Positions 1 to 13,285 of a stretch of 64,000 nt of DNA are shown in pieces. The DNA comes from the human T2T-CHM13v2.0 reference genome, Homo sapiens: the NCBI GenBank assembly GCA_009914755.4, contig CP086569.2:32416001-32480000 (forward strand). Direction: 5' to 3'. Each line of letters opens with the position of its first letter. Position 1 is the first letter of the stretch. The notes beneath the pieces were generated by a model. That model saw only the letters and a list, made by a program, of their open reading frames with translations. It ran no database searches and was not told where the DNA came from. The translations under genes were made by a program, and so were the position numbers.

Positions 1-3000
1 GAATGGAAAGTAATCCAATGGAATAGAATCTAATGCAATAAAATCGACTCAGATAGAGTAGAATGTAATGGAATGGAGTGCAGTGCAATGGAATGGAATG
101 GAATGGAATGCAATGGAATGGAATGGAATGGAATGGGATGGAATGGTATGGAATGGATAGTAATGGACTGGAGTGAAATGGACTGGAAAGGAATGGACTC
201 AAATTGAAAGGGCACGAAAGGAATGGAGTCAAATGGAATGGTCTGGAATGGAATGAACACGAATGTAATGCAACCCAATAGAATGGAATCGAATGGCATG
301 GAATATAAAGAAATGGAATCGAAGAGAATGGAAACAAATGGAATGGAATTGAATGGAATGGGAACGAATGGAGTGAAATTGTATGCAGTAGAAGTGAATA
401 GAATGGAATGCAAGCGAAAGGAAAGGAATGGATTGGAATGGAATGGAATTCATTGGAATGGAAGGGAATGTAGTGTAATGGACAGGCCTGGAATAAAGTG
501 GAATGCTACGGTCTCGAATGGAATAAAAATGTATGGAATGGAATGCAATGAAACGGAATCGAATGTCATAGAATGTAATGGAATGCAAAAAAATGGAATC
601 CAAAATCATTGACTGGAAAGGCTGGGTGTCGAAAGGAATTGACTCCAATGGAATGGAATCGAATGGAATGGAAGTGAATAGAATCGAACTAAATCGAATG
701 GAATGGAATTGATAGGAACGGAATGGAAAGGAATGCAATGATTTGGCATGGAATGGAATCGAATGGCATCGAATGGAATGGAATGGAATGCAATGGAATG
801 GAATGTATTAGAATGGAATGAACTTTAATGGAATGTACTCGAATGGATTCGACTGGAATGGAATGTTCTGGAAGTGAATGGACTCCAATGGAATGGATTC
901 AAAAGGAATGGAATCGTACGGAATGGAATCTAATGGAATGGAATTAAATGGAAATGAATCAAATTGAATAGCACGGAATTGAATTGAATGGAATGGAATG
1001 CAATGGAATCTAATGAAACGGAAAGGAAAGGAATGGAATGGAATGGAATGGGCTGGAATGGAAAGGAATCGAAACGAATGGAATGGAATCGAACTGAAGA
1101 GACTGGAATGGAATGCACTGGAATGGAAGGGAGTGTAATGGAAGGTTCTCGAAAAAAATGGAATCGAATGGAATGGAATTGAATGGAACGGAATAGAGTC
1201 GAATGGAATTGAATGGAATGGAATGGACTAGAGTGAAATGGAATCGAACCACAAGGAATGGACAGGAATAGAATGGTCTCGAATTGAATGGAATCGTATG
1301 GAATGGCATCAAACGGAATGGAATGGACAGCCACGGAATGGAATGCACTCGAATGCAATGAAGTCGAAACTAACGGACTGGAATAGAATGGACTCGACTG
1401 GTACGGACTCCAATGGAATGGAATCGAATGGAAGGGAATCGAACGGAAGGGAATCGAACGGAATGGACTCGAAGGGAAAAGACTGCAATGGAAAGGTCTC
1501 GAATGGAATGGAAATTAATGGAATGGAATGGAATCGAATGAAATGGAGTCAAAAGGAATAGAATCGAATGGCAAGAAATCGAATGTAATGGAATCGCAAG
1601 GAATTGATGTGAACGGAACGGAATGGAATGGAATCCAAAGGAATGGAATAGAATGGAATGGAATCGAATGGAAAGGACTCGAATGGAAATCACTCGAATA
1701 GAATGCAATTTAATAAAATAGGATCAAATGTAATGGAATGGAATGGAAAGGAATCGAAACGAAAGGAATGGAGACAGATGGAATGGAATGGAACAGAGAG
1801 CAATGGTATAGAATGGAATGGAATCATCTGGAATGGAATTGAATGGAATGGAATAATATGAAATGGAATGGAATGGAATGGAATGGAATGGAATGCCCTT
1901 GAATTAAATGGACTGGAATGGAATGGACTCAAACAGAGTGGAATGGAAAGTGTGGAGGTAGAATGGAATGAACTCCTTTGGAATGGACTAGTAGGCAATG
2001 CAATCGACTGGCAGGGAATCAAAAGGAATGTAATCGAATGGATTGGACTGGAATGCAATGGACTCGAATAGATTGGAAACGGAATGCAAAGAATGGAATG
2101 GAATAGTATGGAATGGAATGGAAAGGAATGGAGTGGAATAGACTAGAGTGGAATGGAATGGACTGGAAAGCAATGGACTGGAATGGAACTTTCTTGAATG
2201 GACTGGAATCAAACGGAATGGAATGCAATGCAATCAAATGGCATGGAATAAAATAGAATGAAAGAGAATCAAATGGAATTGAATCGAATGGAATCGAATG
2301 GATTGGAAAGGAATAGAATGGAATGGAATGGAATTGACTCAAATGGAATGGACTAGAATGGAATGGATTCGAATGGAAGGCAAAGGAATGGAATCTATTG
2401 GAATGGACTGTAATGGAATGGAATGGAAGGGATTGGAATGGACTCGAATGGAATGGACTGCAATAGAAAGGATTCGAATGGAATGAAAAAGAATTGAATG
2501 GAATAGAACAGAATGGAATCAAATCGAATGAAATGGAATGGAATAGAAAGGAATGGAATGAAATGGAATGGAAAGGATTCGAATGGAATGCAATCGAATG
2601 GAATGGAATCGAACGGAATGGAATAAAATGGAAGAAAACTGGCAAGAAATGGAATCGAAATGAATGGAGTGTTATGGAACGGACTCAAAAGGAATTGAAT
2701 GTAATAGAATGGAGTGGAGTGGACTCGAATATAATGGACTGGAATGGAATGAAATCACATGGAATGGGAACGAATGGAATGGAATGGAAAGGAATGGAAT
2801 CGAATGGAAAGGAATCGAATGGAAGGGAATGAAATTCAATCAACAGGAATGGAAGGGAATAGAATAGACGGTAATGGAATGGACTCGAATAGAATGGACA
2901 CGAATGCTCAAATTAAATGGACTCGAATGGAATGGAAACGAAAGGAATGTCATCGAATGGAATTGAATCGATTGGAATGAAATCGCATAGAATGGAGTGG

Positions 3001-3548
3001 AATCAAATGGAATTGAATCGAAAGGAAAGGAAGCGAATGGACTGAAATGAAATGGAATGGAATTGAATGGAAAGTAATGCAATGGAATAGAATGGAACGA
3101 AATTTCACGGAATGGAATCAAACTGAATGGAATCAAATCAATGGAATCAAATCAAATGGAATGGAAAGCAATTGAATGGAGTAGATGGGATTGGATGGGA
3201 TTGGAATGAAATGTACTGGAAAGGACTCGAATTTGATGAAACGGAATGGAATGAATTGGAACGGAATGGACTCGAATGGAATGGAATGTCATGGGATGGC
3301 ATCAAATGGAATGGCATCAAATGGAATGGAATCGAATGCAATGGAATGCTATGGAATGGAATGGAATGCATTGGAATGGAATGTCCTCTAATGGAATGGA
3401 TTCGAGTGGAATGGAATTGAATATAATGGAGTCGAATGAAATGGAATTGAAAGGAATGGGATCGAATACAATGGAATATACTGGAATGTAACGTAATGAA
3501 CTCGAATGTAATTGACTGGAATGGAATGTACATGAATGGAATGTAATC
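1..3548. repeat. HOR unit 1 (3548 bp), subtype 'A'
   Basis: The phase landmark 'gaatggaaagtaatccaatggaatagaatctaatgcaataaaatcgactcag' starts at 1 and recurs at 3549. Subtype A markers: 122-aa minus ORF 1690-2058 and MKSKLTD version of the 107-aa ORF. Confidence 0.85.
485..488. other. GGCC (HaeIII) site, single per HOR unit (representative; recurs at ~485–525 bp into every unit)
   Basis: 'gacaggcctgg' at 481-491, again at 4033, 7576 and so on. I found no other GGCC in a unit by eye. This fits the classical ~3.4–3.6 kb HaeIII male-specific DYZ1 fragment. Confidence 0.7.
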
Positions 3549-6500
3549 GAATGGAAAGTAATCCAATGGAATAGAATCTAATGCAATAAAATCGACTCAG
3601 ATAGAGTAGAATGTAATGGAATGGAGTGCAGTGCAATGGAATGGAATGGAATTTAATGCAATGGAATGGAATGGAATGGAATGGGATGGAATGGTATGGA
3701 ATGGATAGTAATGGACTGGAGTGAAATGGACTGGAAAGGAATGGACTCAAATTGAAAGGGCACGAAAGGAATGGAGTCAAATGGAATGGTCTGGAATGGA
3801 ATTTACACGAATGTAATGCAACCCAATAGAATGGAATCGAATGGCATGGAATATAAAGAAATGGAATCGAAGAGAATGGAAACAAATGGAATGGAATTGA
3901 ATGGAATGGGAACGAATGGAGTGAAATTGTATGCAGTAGAAGTGAATAGAATGGAATGCAAGCGAAAGGAAAGGAATGGATTGGAATGGAATGGAATTCA
4001 TTGGAATGGAAGGGAATGTAGTGTAATGGACAGGCCTGGAATAAAGTGGAATGCTACGGTCTCGAATGGAATAAAAATGTATGGAATGGAATGCAATGAA
4101 ACGGAATCGAATGTCATAGAATGTAATGGAATGCAAAAAAATGGAATCCAAAATCATTGACTGGAAAGGCTGGGTGTCGAAAGGAATTGACTCCAATGGA
4201 ATGGAAGCGAATGGAATGGAAGTGAATAGAATCGAACTAAATCGAATGGAATGGAATTGATAGGAACGGAATGGAAAGGAATGCAATGATTTGGCATGGA
4301 ATGGAATCGAATGGCATCGAATGGAATGGAATGGAATGCAATGGAATGGAATGTATTAGAATGTAATGAACTTTAATGGAATGTACTCGAATGGATTCGA
4401 CTGGAATGGAATGTTCTGGAAGTGAATGGACTCCAATGGAATGGATTCAAAAGGAATGGAATCGTACGGAATGGAATCTAATGGAATGGAATTAAATGGA
4501 AATGAATCAAATTGAATAGCACGGAATTGAATTGAATGGAATGGAATGCAATGGAATCTAATGAAACGGAAAGGAAAGGAATGGAATGGAATGGAATGGG
4601 CTGGAATGGAAAGGAATCGAAACGAATGGAATGGAATCGAACTGAAGAGACTGGAATGGAATGCACTGGAATGGAAGGGAGTGTAATGGAAGGTTCTCGA
4701 AAAAAATGGAATCGAATGGAATGGAATTGAATGGAACGGAATAGAGTCGAATGGAATTGAATGGAATGGAATGGACTAGAGTGAAATGGAATCGAACCAC
4801 AAGGAATGGACAGGAATAGAATGGTCTCGAATTGAATGGAATCGTATGGAATGGCATCAAACGGAATGGAATGGACAGCCACGGAATGGAATGCACTCGA
4901 ATGCAATGAAGTCGAAACTAACGGACTGGAATAGAATGGACTCGACTGGTACGGACTCCAATGGAATGGAATCGAATGGAAGGGAATCGAACGGAAGGGA
5001 ATCGAACGGAATGGACTCGAAGGGAAAAGACTGCAATGGAAAGGTCTCGAATGGAATGGAAATTAATGAAATGGAATGGAATCGAATGAAATGGAGTCAA
5101 AAGGAATGGAATCGAATGGCAAGAAATCGAATGTAATGGAATCGCAAGGAATTGATGTGAACGGAACGGAATGGAATGGAATCCAAAGGAATGGAATAGA
5201 ATGGAATGGAATCGAATGGAAAGGACTCGAATGGAAATCACTCGAATAGAATGCAATTTAATAAAATAGGATCAAATGTAATGGAATGGAATGGAAAGGA
5301 ATCGAAACGAAAGGAATGGAGACAGATGGAATGGAATGGAACAGAGAGCAATGGTATAGAATGGAATGGAATCATCTGGAATGGAATTGAATGGAATGGA
5401 ATAATATGAAATGGAATGGAATGGAATGGAATGGAATGCCCTTGAATTAAATGGACTGGAATGGAATGGACTCAAACAGAGTGGAATGGAAAGTGTGGAG
5501 GTAGAATGGAATGAACTCCTTTGGAATGGACTAGTAGGCAATGCAATCGACTGGCAGGGAATCAAAAGGAATGTAATCGAATGGATTGGACTGGAATGCA
5601 ATGGACTCGAATAGATTGGAAACGGAATGCAAAGAATGGAATGGAATAGTATGGAATGGAATGGAAAGGAATGGAGTGGAATAGACTAGAGTGGAATGGA
5701 ATGGACTGGAAAGCAATGGACTGGAATGGAACTTTCTTGAATGGACTGGAATCAAACGGAATGGAATGCAATGCAATCAAATGGCATGGAATAAAATAGA
5801 ATGAAAGAGAATCAAATGGAATTGAATCGAATGGAATCGAATGGATTGGAAAGGAATAGAATGGAATGGAATGGAATTGACTCAAATGGAATGGACTAGA
5901 ATGGAATGGATTCGAATGGAAGGCAAAGGAATGGAATCTATTGGAATGGACTGTAATGGAATGGAATGGAAGGGATTGGAATGGACTCGAATGGAATGGA
6001 CTGCAATAGAAAGGATTCGAATGGAATGAAAAAGAATTGAATGGAATAGAACAGAATGGAATCAAATCGAATGAAATGGAATGGAATAGAAAGGAATGGA
6101 ATGAAATGGAATGGAAAGGATTCGAATGGAATGCAATCGAATGGAATGGAATCGAACGGAATGGAATAAAATGGAAGAAAACTGGCAAGAAATGGAATCG
6201 AAATGAATGGAGTGTTATGGAACGGACTCAAAAGGAATTGAATGTAATAGAATGGAGTGGAGTGGACTCGAATATAATGGACTGGAATGGAATGAAATCA
6301 CATGGAATGGGAACGAATGGAATGGAATGGAAAGGAATGGAATCGAATGGAAAGGAATCGAATGGAAGGGAATGAAATTGAATCAACAGGAATGGAAGGG
6401 AATAGAATAGACGGTAATGGAATGGACTCGAATAGAATGGACACGAATGCTCAAATTAAATGGACTCGAATGGAATGGAAACGAAAGGAATGTCATCGAA

Positions 6501-7091
6501 TGGAATTGAATCGATTGGAATGAAATCGCATAGAATGGAGTGGAATCAAATGGAATTGAATCGAAAGGAAAGGAAGCGAATGGACTGAAATGAAATGGAA
6601 TGGAATTGAATGGAAAGTAATGCAATGGAATAGAATGGAACGAAATTTCACGGAATGGAATCAAACTGAATGGAATCAAATCAATGGAATCAAATCAAAT
6701 GGAATGGAAAGGAATTGAATGGAGTAGATGGGATTGGATGGGATTGGAATGAAATGTACTGGAAAGGACTCGAATTTCATGAAACGGAATGGAATGAATA
6801 GGAAAGGAATGGACTCGAATGGAATGGAATGTCATGGGATGGCATCAAACGGAATGGCATCAAATGGAATGGAATCGAATGCAATGGAATGCTATGGAAT
6901 GGAATGGAATGCATTGGAATGGAATGTCCTCTAATGGAATGGATTCGAGTGGAATGGAATCGAATATAATGGAGTCGAATGAAATGGAATTGAAAGGAAT
7001 GGGATCGAATACAATGGAATATACTGGAATGTAACGTAATGAACTCGAATGTAATTGACTGGAATGGAATGTACATGAATGGAATGTAATC
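3549..7091. repeat. HOR unit 2 (3543 bp), subtype 'B'
   Basis: Landmark at 3549. 109-aa minus ORF 5272-5601 (SISYYSIPFNSIPDD variant) differs from the flanking units 1 and 3. Private variant 'GIYTN' at 3771. Confidence 0.85.
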
Positions 7092-10000
7092 GAATGGAAA
7101 GTAATCCAATGGAATAGAATCTAATGCAATAAAATCGACTCAGATAGAGTAGAATGTAATGGAATGGAGTGCAGTGCAATGGAATGGAATGGAATGGAAT
7201 GCAATGGAATGGAATGGAATGGAATGGGATGGAATGGTATGGAATGGATAGTAATGGACTGGAGTGAAATGGACTGGAAAGGAATGGACTCAAATTGAAA
7301 GGGCACGAAAGGAATGGAGTCAAATGGAATGGTCTGGAATGGAATGAACACGAATGTAATGCAACCCAATAGAATGGAATCGAATGGCATGGAATATAAA
7401 GAAATGGAATCGAAGAGAATGGAAACAAATGGAATGGAATTGAATGGAATGGGAACGAATGGAGTGAAATTGTATGCAGTAGAAGTGAATAGAATGGAAT
7501 GCAAGCGAAAGGAAAGGAATGGATTGGAATGGAATGGAATTCATTGGAATGGAAGGGAATGTAGTGTAATGGACAGGCCTGGAATAAAGTGGAATGCTAC
7601 GGTCTCGAATGGAATAAAAATGTATGGAATGGAATGCAATGAAACGGAATCGAATGTCATAGAATGTAATGGAATGCAAAAAAATGGAATCCAAAATCAT
7701 TGACTGGAAAGGCTGGGTGTCGAAAGGAATTGACTCCAATGGAATGGAATCGAATGGAATGGAAGTGAATAGAATCGAACTAAATCGAATGGAATGGAAT
7801 TGATAGGAACGGAATGGAAAGGAATGCAATGATTTGGCATGGAATGGAATCGAATGGCATCGAATGGAATGGAATGGAATGCAATGGAATGGAATGTATT
7901 AGAATGGAATGAACTTTAATGGAATGTACTCGAATGGATTCGACTGGAATGGAATGTTCTGGAAGTGAATGGACTCCAATGGAATGGATTCAAAAGGAAT
8001 GGAATCGTACGGAATGGAATCTAATGGAATGGAATTAAATGGAAATGAATCAAATTGAATAGCACGGAATTGAATTGAATGGAATGGAATGCAATGGAAT
8101 CTAATGAAACGGAAAGGAAAGGAATGGAATGGAATGGAATGGGCTGGAATGGAAAGGAATCGAAACGAATGGAATGGAATCGAACTGAAGAGACTGGAAT
8201 GGAATGCACTGGAATGGAAGGGAGTGTAATGGAAGGTTCTCGAAAAAAATGGAATCGAATGGAATGGAATTGAATGGAACGGAATAGAGTCGAATGGAAT
8301 TGAATGGAATGGAATGGACTAGAGTGAAATGGAATCGAACCACAAGGAATGGACAGGAATAGAATGGTCTCGAATTGAATGGAATCGTATGGAATGGCAT
8401 CAAACGGAATGGAATGGACAGCCACGGAATGGAATGCACTCGAATGCAATGAAGTCGAAACTAACGGACTGGAATAGAATGGACTCGACTGGTACGGACT
8501 CCAATGGAATGGAATCGAATGGAAGGGAATCGAACGGAGGGGAATCGAACGGAATGGACTCGAAGGGAAAAGACTGCAATGGAAAGGTCTCGAATGGAAT
8601 GGAAATTAATGGAATGGAATGGAATCGAATGAAATGGAGTCAAAAGGAATAGAATCGAATGGCAAGAAATCGAATGTAATGGAATCGCAAGGAATTGATG
8701 TGAACGGAACGGAATGGAATGGAATCCAAAGGAATGGAATAGAATGGAATGGAATCGAATGGAAAGGACTCGAATGGAAATCACTCGAATAGAATGCAAT
8801 TTAATAAAATAGGATCAAATGTAATGGAATGGAATGGAAAGGAATCGAAACGAAAGGAATGGAGACAGATGGAATGGAATGGAACAGAGAGCAATGGTAT
8901 AGAATGGAATGGAATCATCTGGAATGGAATTGAATGGAATGGAATAATATGAAATGGAATGGAATGGAATGGAATGGAATGGAATGCCCTTGAATTAAAT
9001 GGACTGGAATGGAATGGACTCAAACAGAGTGGAATGGAAAGTGTGGAGGTAGAATGGAATGAACTCCTTTGGAATGGACTAGTAGGCAATGCAATCGACT
9101 GGCAGGGAATCAAAAGGAATGTAATCGAATGGATTGGACTGGAATGCAATGGACTCGAATAGATTGGAAACGGAATGCAAAGAATGGAATGGAATAGTAT
9201 GGAATGGAATGGAAAGGAATGGAGTGGAATAGACTAGAGTGGAATGGAATGGACTGGAAAGCAATGGACTGGAATGGAACTTTCTTGAATGGACTGGAAT
9301 CAAACGGAATGGAATGCAATGCAATCAAATGGCATGGAATAAAATAGAATGAAAGAGAATCAAATGGAATTGAATCGAATGGAATCGAATGGATTGGAAA
9401 GGAATAGAATGGAATGGAATGGAATTGACTCAAATGGAATGGACTAGAATGGAATGGATTCGAATGGAAGGCAAAGGAATGGAATCTATTGGAATGGACT
9501 GTAATGGAATGGAATGGAAGGGATTGGAATGGACTCGAATGGAATGGACTGCAATAGAAAGGATTCGAATGGAATGAAAAAGAATTGAATGGAATAGAAC
9601 AGAATGGAATCAAATCGAATGAAATGGAATGGAATAGAAAGGAATGGAATGAAATGGAATGGAAAGGATTCGAATGGAATGCAATCGAATGGAATGGAAT
9701 CGAACGGAATGGAATAAAATGGAAGAAAACTGGCAAGAAATGGAATCGAAATGAATGGAGTGTTATGGAACGGACTCAAAAGGAATTGAATGTAATAGAA
9801 TGGAGTGGAGTGGACTCGAATATAATGGACTGGAATGGAATGAAATCACATGGAATGGGAACGAATGGAATGGAATGGAAAGGAATGGAATCGAATGGAA
9901 AGGAATCGAATGGAAGGGAATGAAATTGAATCAACACGAATGGAAGGGAATAGAATAGACGGTAATGGAATGGACTCGAATAGAATGGACACGAATGCTC

Positions 10001-10639
10001 AAATTAAATGGACTCGAATGGAATGGAAACGAAAGGAATGTCATCGAATGGAATTGAATCGATTGGAATGAAATCGCATAGAATGGAGTGGAATCAAATG
10101 GAATTGAATCGAAAGGAAAGGAAGCGAATGGACTGAAATGAAATGGAATGGAATTGAATGGAAAGTAATGCAATGGAATAGAATGGAACGAAATTTCACG
10201 GAATGGAATCAAACTGAATGGAATCAAATCAATGGAATCAAATCAAATGGAATGGAAAGGAATTGAATGGAGTAGATGGGATTGGATGGGATTGGAATGA
10301 AATGTACTGGAAAGGACTCGAATTTCATGAAACGGAATGGAATGAATTGGAAAGGAATGGACTCGAATGGAATGGAATGTCATGGGATGGCATCAAATGG
10401 AATGGCATCAAATGGAATGGAATCGAATGCAATGGAATGCTATGGAATGGAATGGAATGCATTGGAATGGAATGTCCTCTAATGGAATGGATTCGAGTGG
10501 AATGGAATTGAATATAATGGAGTCGAATGAAATGGAATTGAAAGGAATGGGATCGAATACAATGGAATATACTGGAATGTAACGTAATGAACTCGAATGT
10601 AATTGACTGGAATGGAATGTACATGAATGGAATGTAATC
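7092..10639. repeat. HOR unit 3 (3548 bp), subtype 'A', near-identical to unit 1
   Basis: Landmark at 7092. ORF set matches unit 1 (122-aa ORF 8781-9149, 208-aa ORF 9110-9736). Confidence 0.85.
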
Positions 10640-13285
10640 GAATGGAAAGTAATCCAATGGAATAGAATCTAATGCAATAAAATCGACTCAGATAGAGTAG
10701 AATGTAATGGAATGGAGTGCAGTGCAATGGAATGGAATGGAATGGAATGCAATGGAATGGAATGGAATGGAATGGAATGGAATGGAATGGGATGGAATGG
10801 TATGGAATGGATAGTAATGGACTGGAGTGAAATGGACTGGAAAGGAATGGACTCAAATTGAAAGGGCTCGAAAGGAATGGAGTCAAATGGAATGGTCTGG
10901 AATGGAATGAACACGAATGTAATGCAACCCAATAGAATGGAATCGAATGGCATGGAATATAAAGAAATGGAATCGAAGAGAATGGAAACAAATGGAATGG
11001 AATTGAATGGAATGGAATTGAATGGAATGGGAACGAATGGAGTGAAATTGTATGCAGTAGAAGAGAATAGAATGGAATGCAAGCGAAAGGAAAGGAATGG
11101 ATTGGAATGGAATGGAATTCATTGGAATGGAAGGGAATGTAGTGTAATGGACAGGCCTGGAATAAAGTGGAATGCTACGGTCTCGAATGGAATAAAAATG
11201 TATGGAATGGAATGCAATGAAACGGAATCGAATGTCATAGAATGTAATGGAATGCAAAAAAATGGAATCCAAAATCATTGACTGGAAAGGCTGGGTGTCG
11301 AAAGGAATTGACTCCAATGGAATGGAATCGAATGGAATGGAAGTGAATAGAATCGAACTAAATCGAATGGAATGGAATTGATAGGAACGGAATGGAAAGG
11401 AATGCAATGATTTGGCATGGAATGGAATCGAATGGCATCGAATGGAATGGAATGGAATGCAATGGAATGGAATGTATTAGAATGTAATGAACTTTAATGG
11501 AATGTACTCGAATGGATTCGACTGGAATGGAATGTTCTGGAAGTGAATGGACTCCAATGGAATGGATTCAAAAGGAATGGAATCGTACGGAATGGAATCT
11601 AATGGAATGGAATTAAATGGAAATGAATCAAATTGAATAGCACGGAATTGAATTGAATGGAATGGAATGCAATGGAATCTAATGAAACGGAAAGGAAAGG
11701 AATGGAATGGAATGGAATGGGCTGGAATGGAAAGGAATCGAAACGAATGGAATGGAATCGAACTGAAGAGACTGGAATGGAATGCACTGGAATGGAAGGG
11801 AGTGTAATGGAAGGTTCTCGAAAAAAATGGAATCGAATGGAATGGAATTGAATGGAACGGAATAGAGTCGAATGGAATTGAATGGAATGGAATGGACTAG
11901 AGTGAAATGGAATCGAACCACAAGGAATGGACAGGAATAGAATGGTCTCGAATTGAATGGAATCGTATGGAATGGCATCAAACGGAATGGAATGGACAGC
12001 CACGGAATGGAATGCACTCGAATGCAATGGAGTCGAAACTAACGGACTGGAATAGAATGGACTCGATTGGTACGGACTCCAATGGAATGGAATCGAATGG
12101 AAGGGAATCGAACGGAATGGACTCGAAGGGAAAAGACTGCAATGGAAAGGTCTCGAATGGAATGGAAATTAATGGAATGGAATGGAATCGAATGAAATGG
12201 AGTCAAAAGGAATGGAATCGAATGGCAAGAAATCGAATGTAATGGAATCGCAAGGAATTGATGTGAACGGAACGGAATGGAATGGAATCCAAAGGAATGG
12301 AATAGAATGGAATGGAATCGAATGGAAAGGACTCGAATGGAAATCACTCGAATAGAATGCAATTTAATAAAATAGGATCAAATGTAATAGAATGGAATGG
12401 AAAGGAATCGAAACGGAAGGAATGGAGACAGATGGAATGGAATGGAACAGAGAGCAATGGTATAGAATGGAATGGAATCATCTGGAATGGAATTGAATGG
12501 AATGGAATAATATGAAATGGAATGGAATGGAATGGAATGGAATGCCCTTGAATTAAATGGACTGGACTCGAACAGAGTGGAATGGAAAGTGTTGAGATAG
12601 AATGGAATGGACTCCTTTGGAATGGTCTAGTATGCAATGCAATCGACTGGCAGGGAATCAAAAGGAATGTAATCGAATGGATTGGACTGGAATGCAATGG
12701 ACTCGAATAGATTGGAAACGGAATGCAAAGGAATGGAATGGAATAGTATGGAATGCAATGGAAGGGAATGGAGTGGAATAGACTAGAGTGGAATGGAATG
12801 GACTGGAAAGCAATGGACTGGAATGGAACTTTCTTGGATGGATTGGAATCAAACGGAATGGAATGCAATGCAATCAAATGGCATGGAATAAAATAGAATG
12901 AAAGAGAATCAAATGGAATTGAATCGAATGGAATCGAATGGATTGGAAAGGAATAGAATGGAATGGAATGGAATTGACTCAAATGGAATGGACTAGAATG
13001 GAATGGATTCGAATGGAATGGAATGTCATGGAATGGCATCAAATGGAATGGCATCAAATGGAATGGAATCGAATGCAATGGAATGCTATGGAATGGAATG
13101 GAATGCATTGGAATGGAATGTCCTCTAATGGAATGGATTCGAGTGGAATGGAATTGAATATAATGGAGTCGAATGAAATGGAATTGAAAGGAATGGGATC
13201 GAATACAATGGAATATACTGGAATGTAACGTAATGAACTCGAATGTAATTGACTGGAATGGAATGTACATGAATGGAATGTAATC
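10640..13285. repeat. Truncated HOR unit 4 (2646 bp) carrying a ~0.9 kb internal deletion
   Basis: Landmark at 10640 and again at 13286. In the translated track, the segment MDWKGIEWNGMELTQMEWTRMEWIRME (normal unit offset ~2300) is joined directly to WNVMEWHQMEW (normal offset ~3280), giving a 96-aa ORF at 12938-13228 and a 319-aa minus ORF at 12344-13303. Confidence 0.85.
13005..13025. other. Deletion junction of truncated unit 4
   Basis: 'ggattcgaatggaa|tggaatgtcatggaatggcatc': sequence normally at unit offset ~2375 is joined to sequence normally at ~3285, across a 'tcgaatggaa(t)gg' microhomology. The nearby 'gtcatggaatggc' has a g>a change relative to 'gtcatgggatggc' in full units. Confidence 0.75.

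Noticed and set aside
446-451. GAATTC (EcoRI) site recurring once per unit near the HaeIII site, possibly functional or diagnostic
   Set aside because: It is only a by-product of a 'ggaattcattgg' variant pentamer. It is useful at most as a restriction marker and is not a biological feature. I did not exhaustively verify that it is unique per unit.
223-612. Plus-strand 129/134-aa ORFs 'MESNGMVWNGMNTNV...' that recur every ~3.55 kb
   Set aside because: GMEWN-type repeat from (GGAAT)n with Met at every pentamer. It is conserved between units only because the units are more than 99% identical DNA copies.
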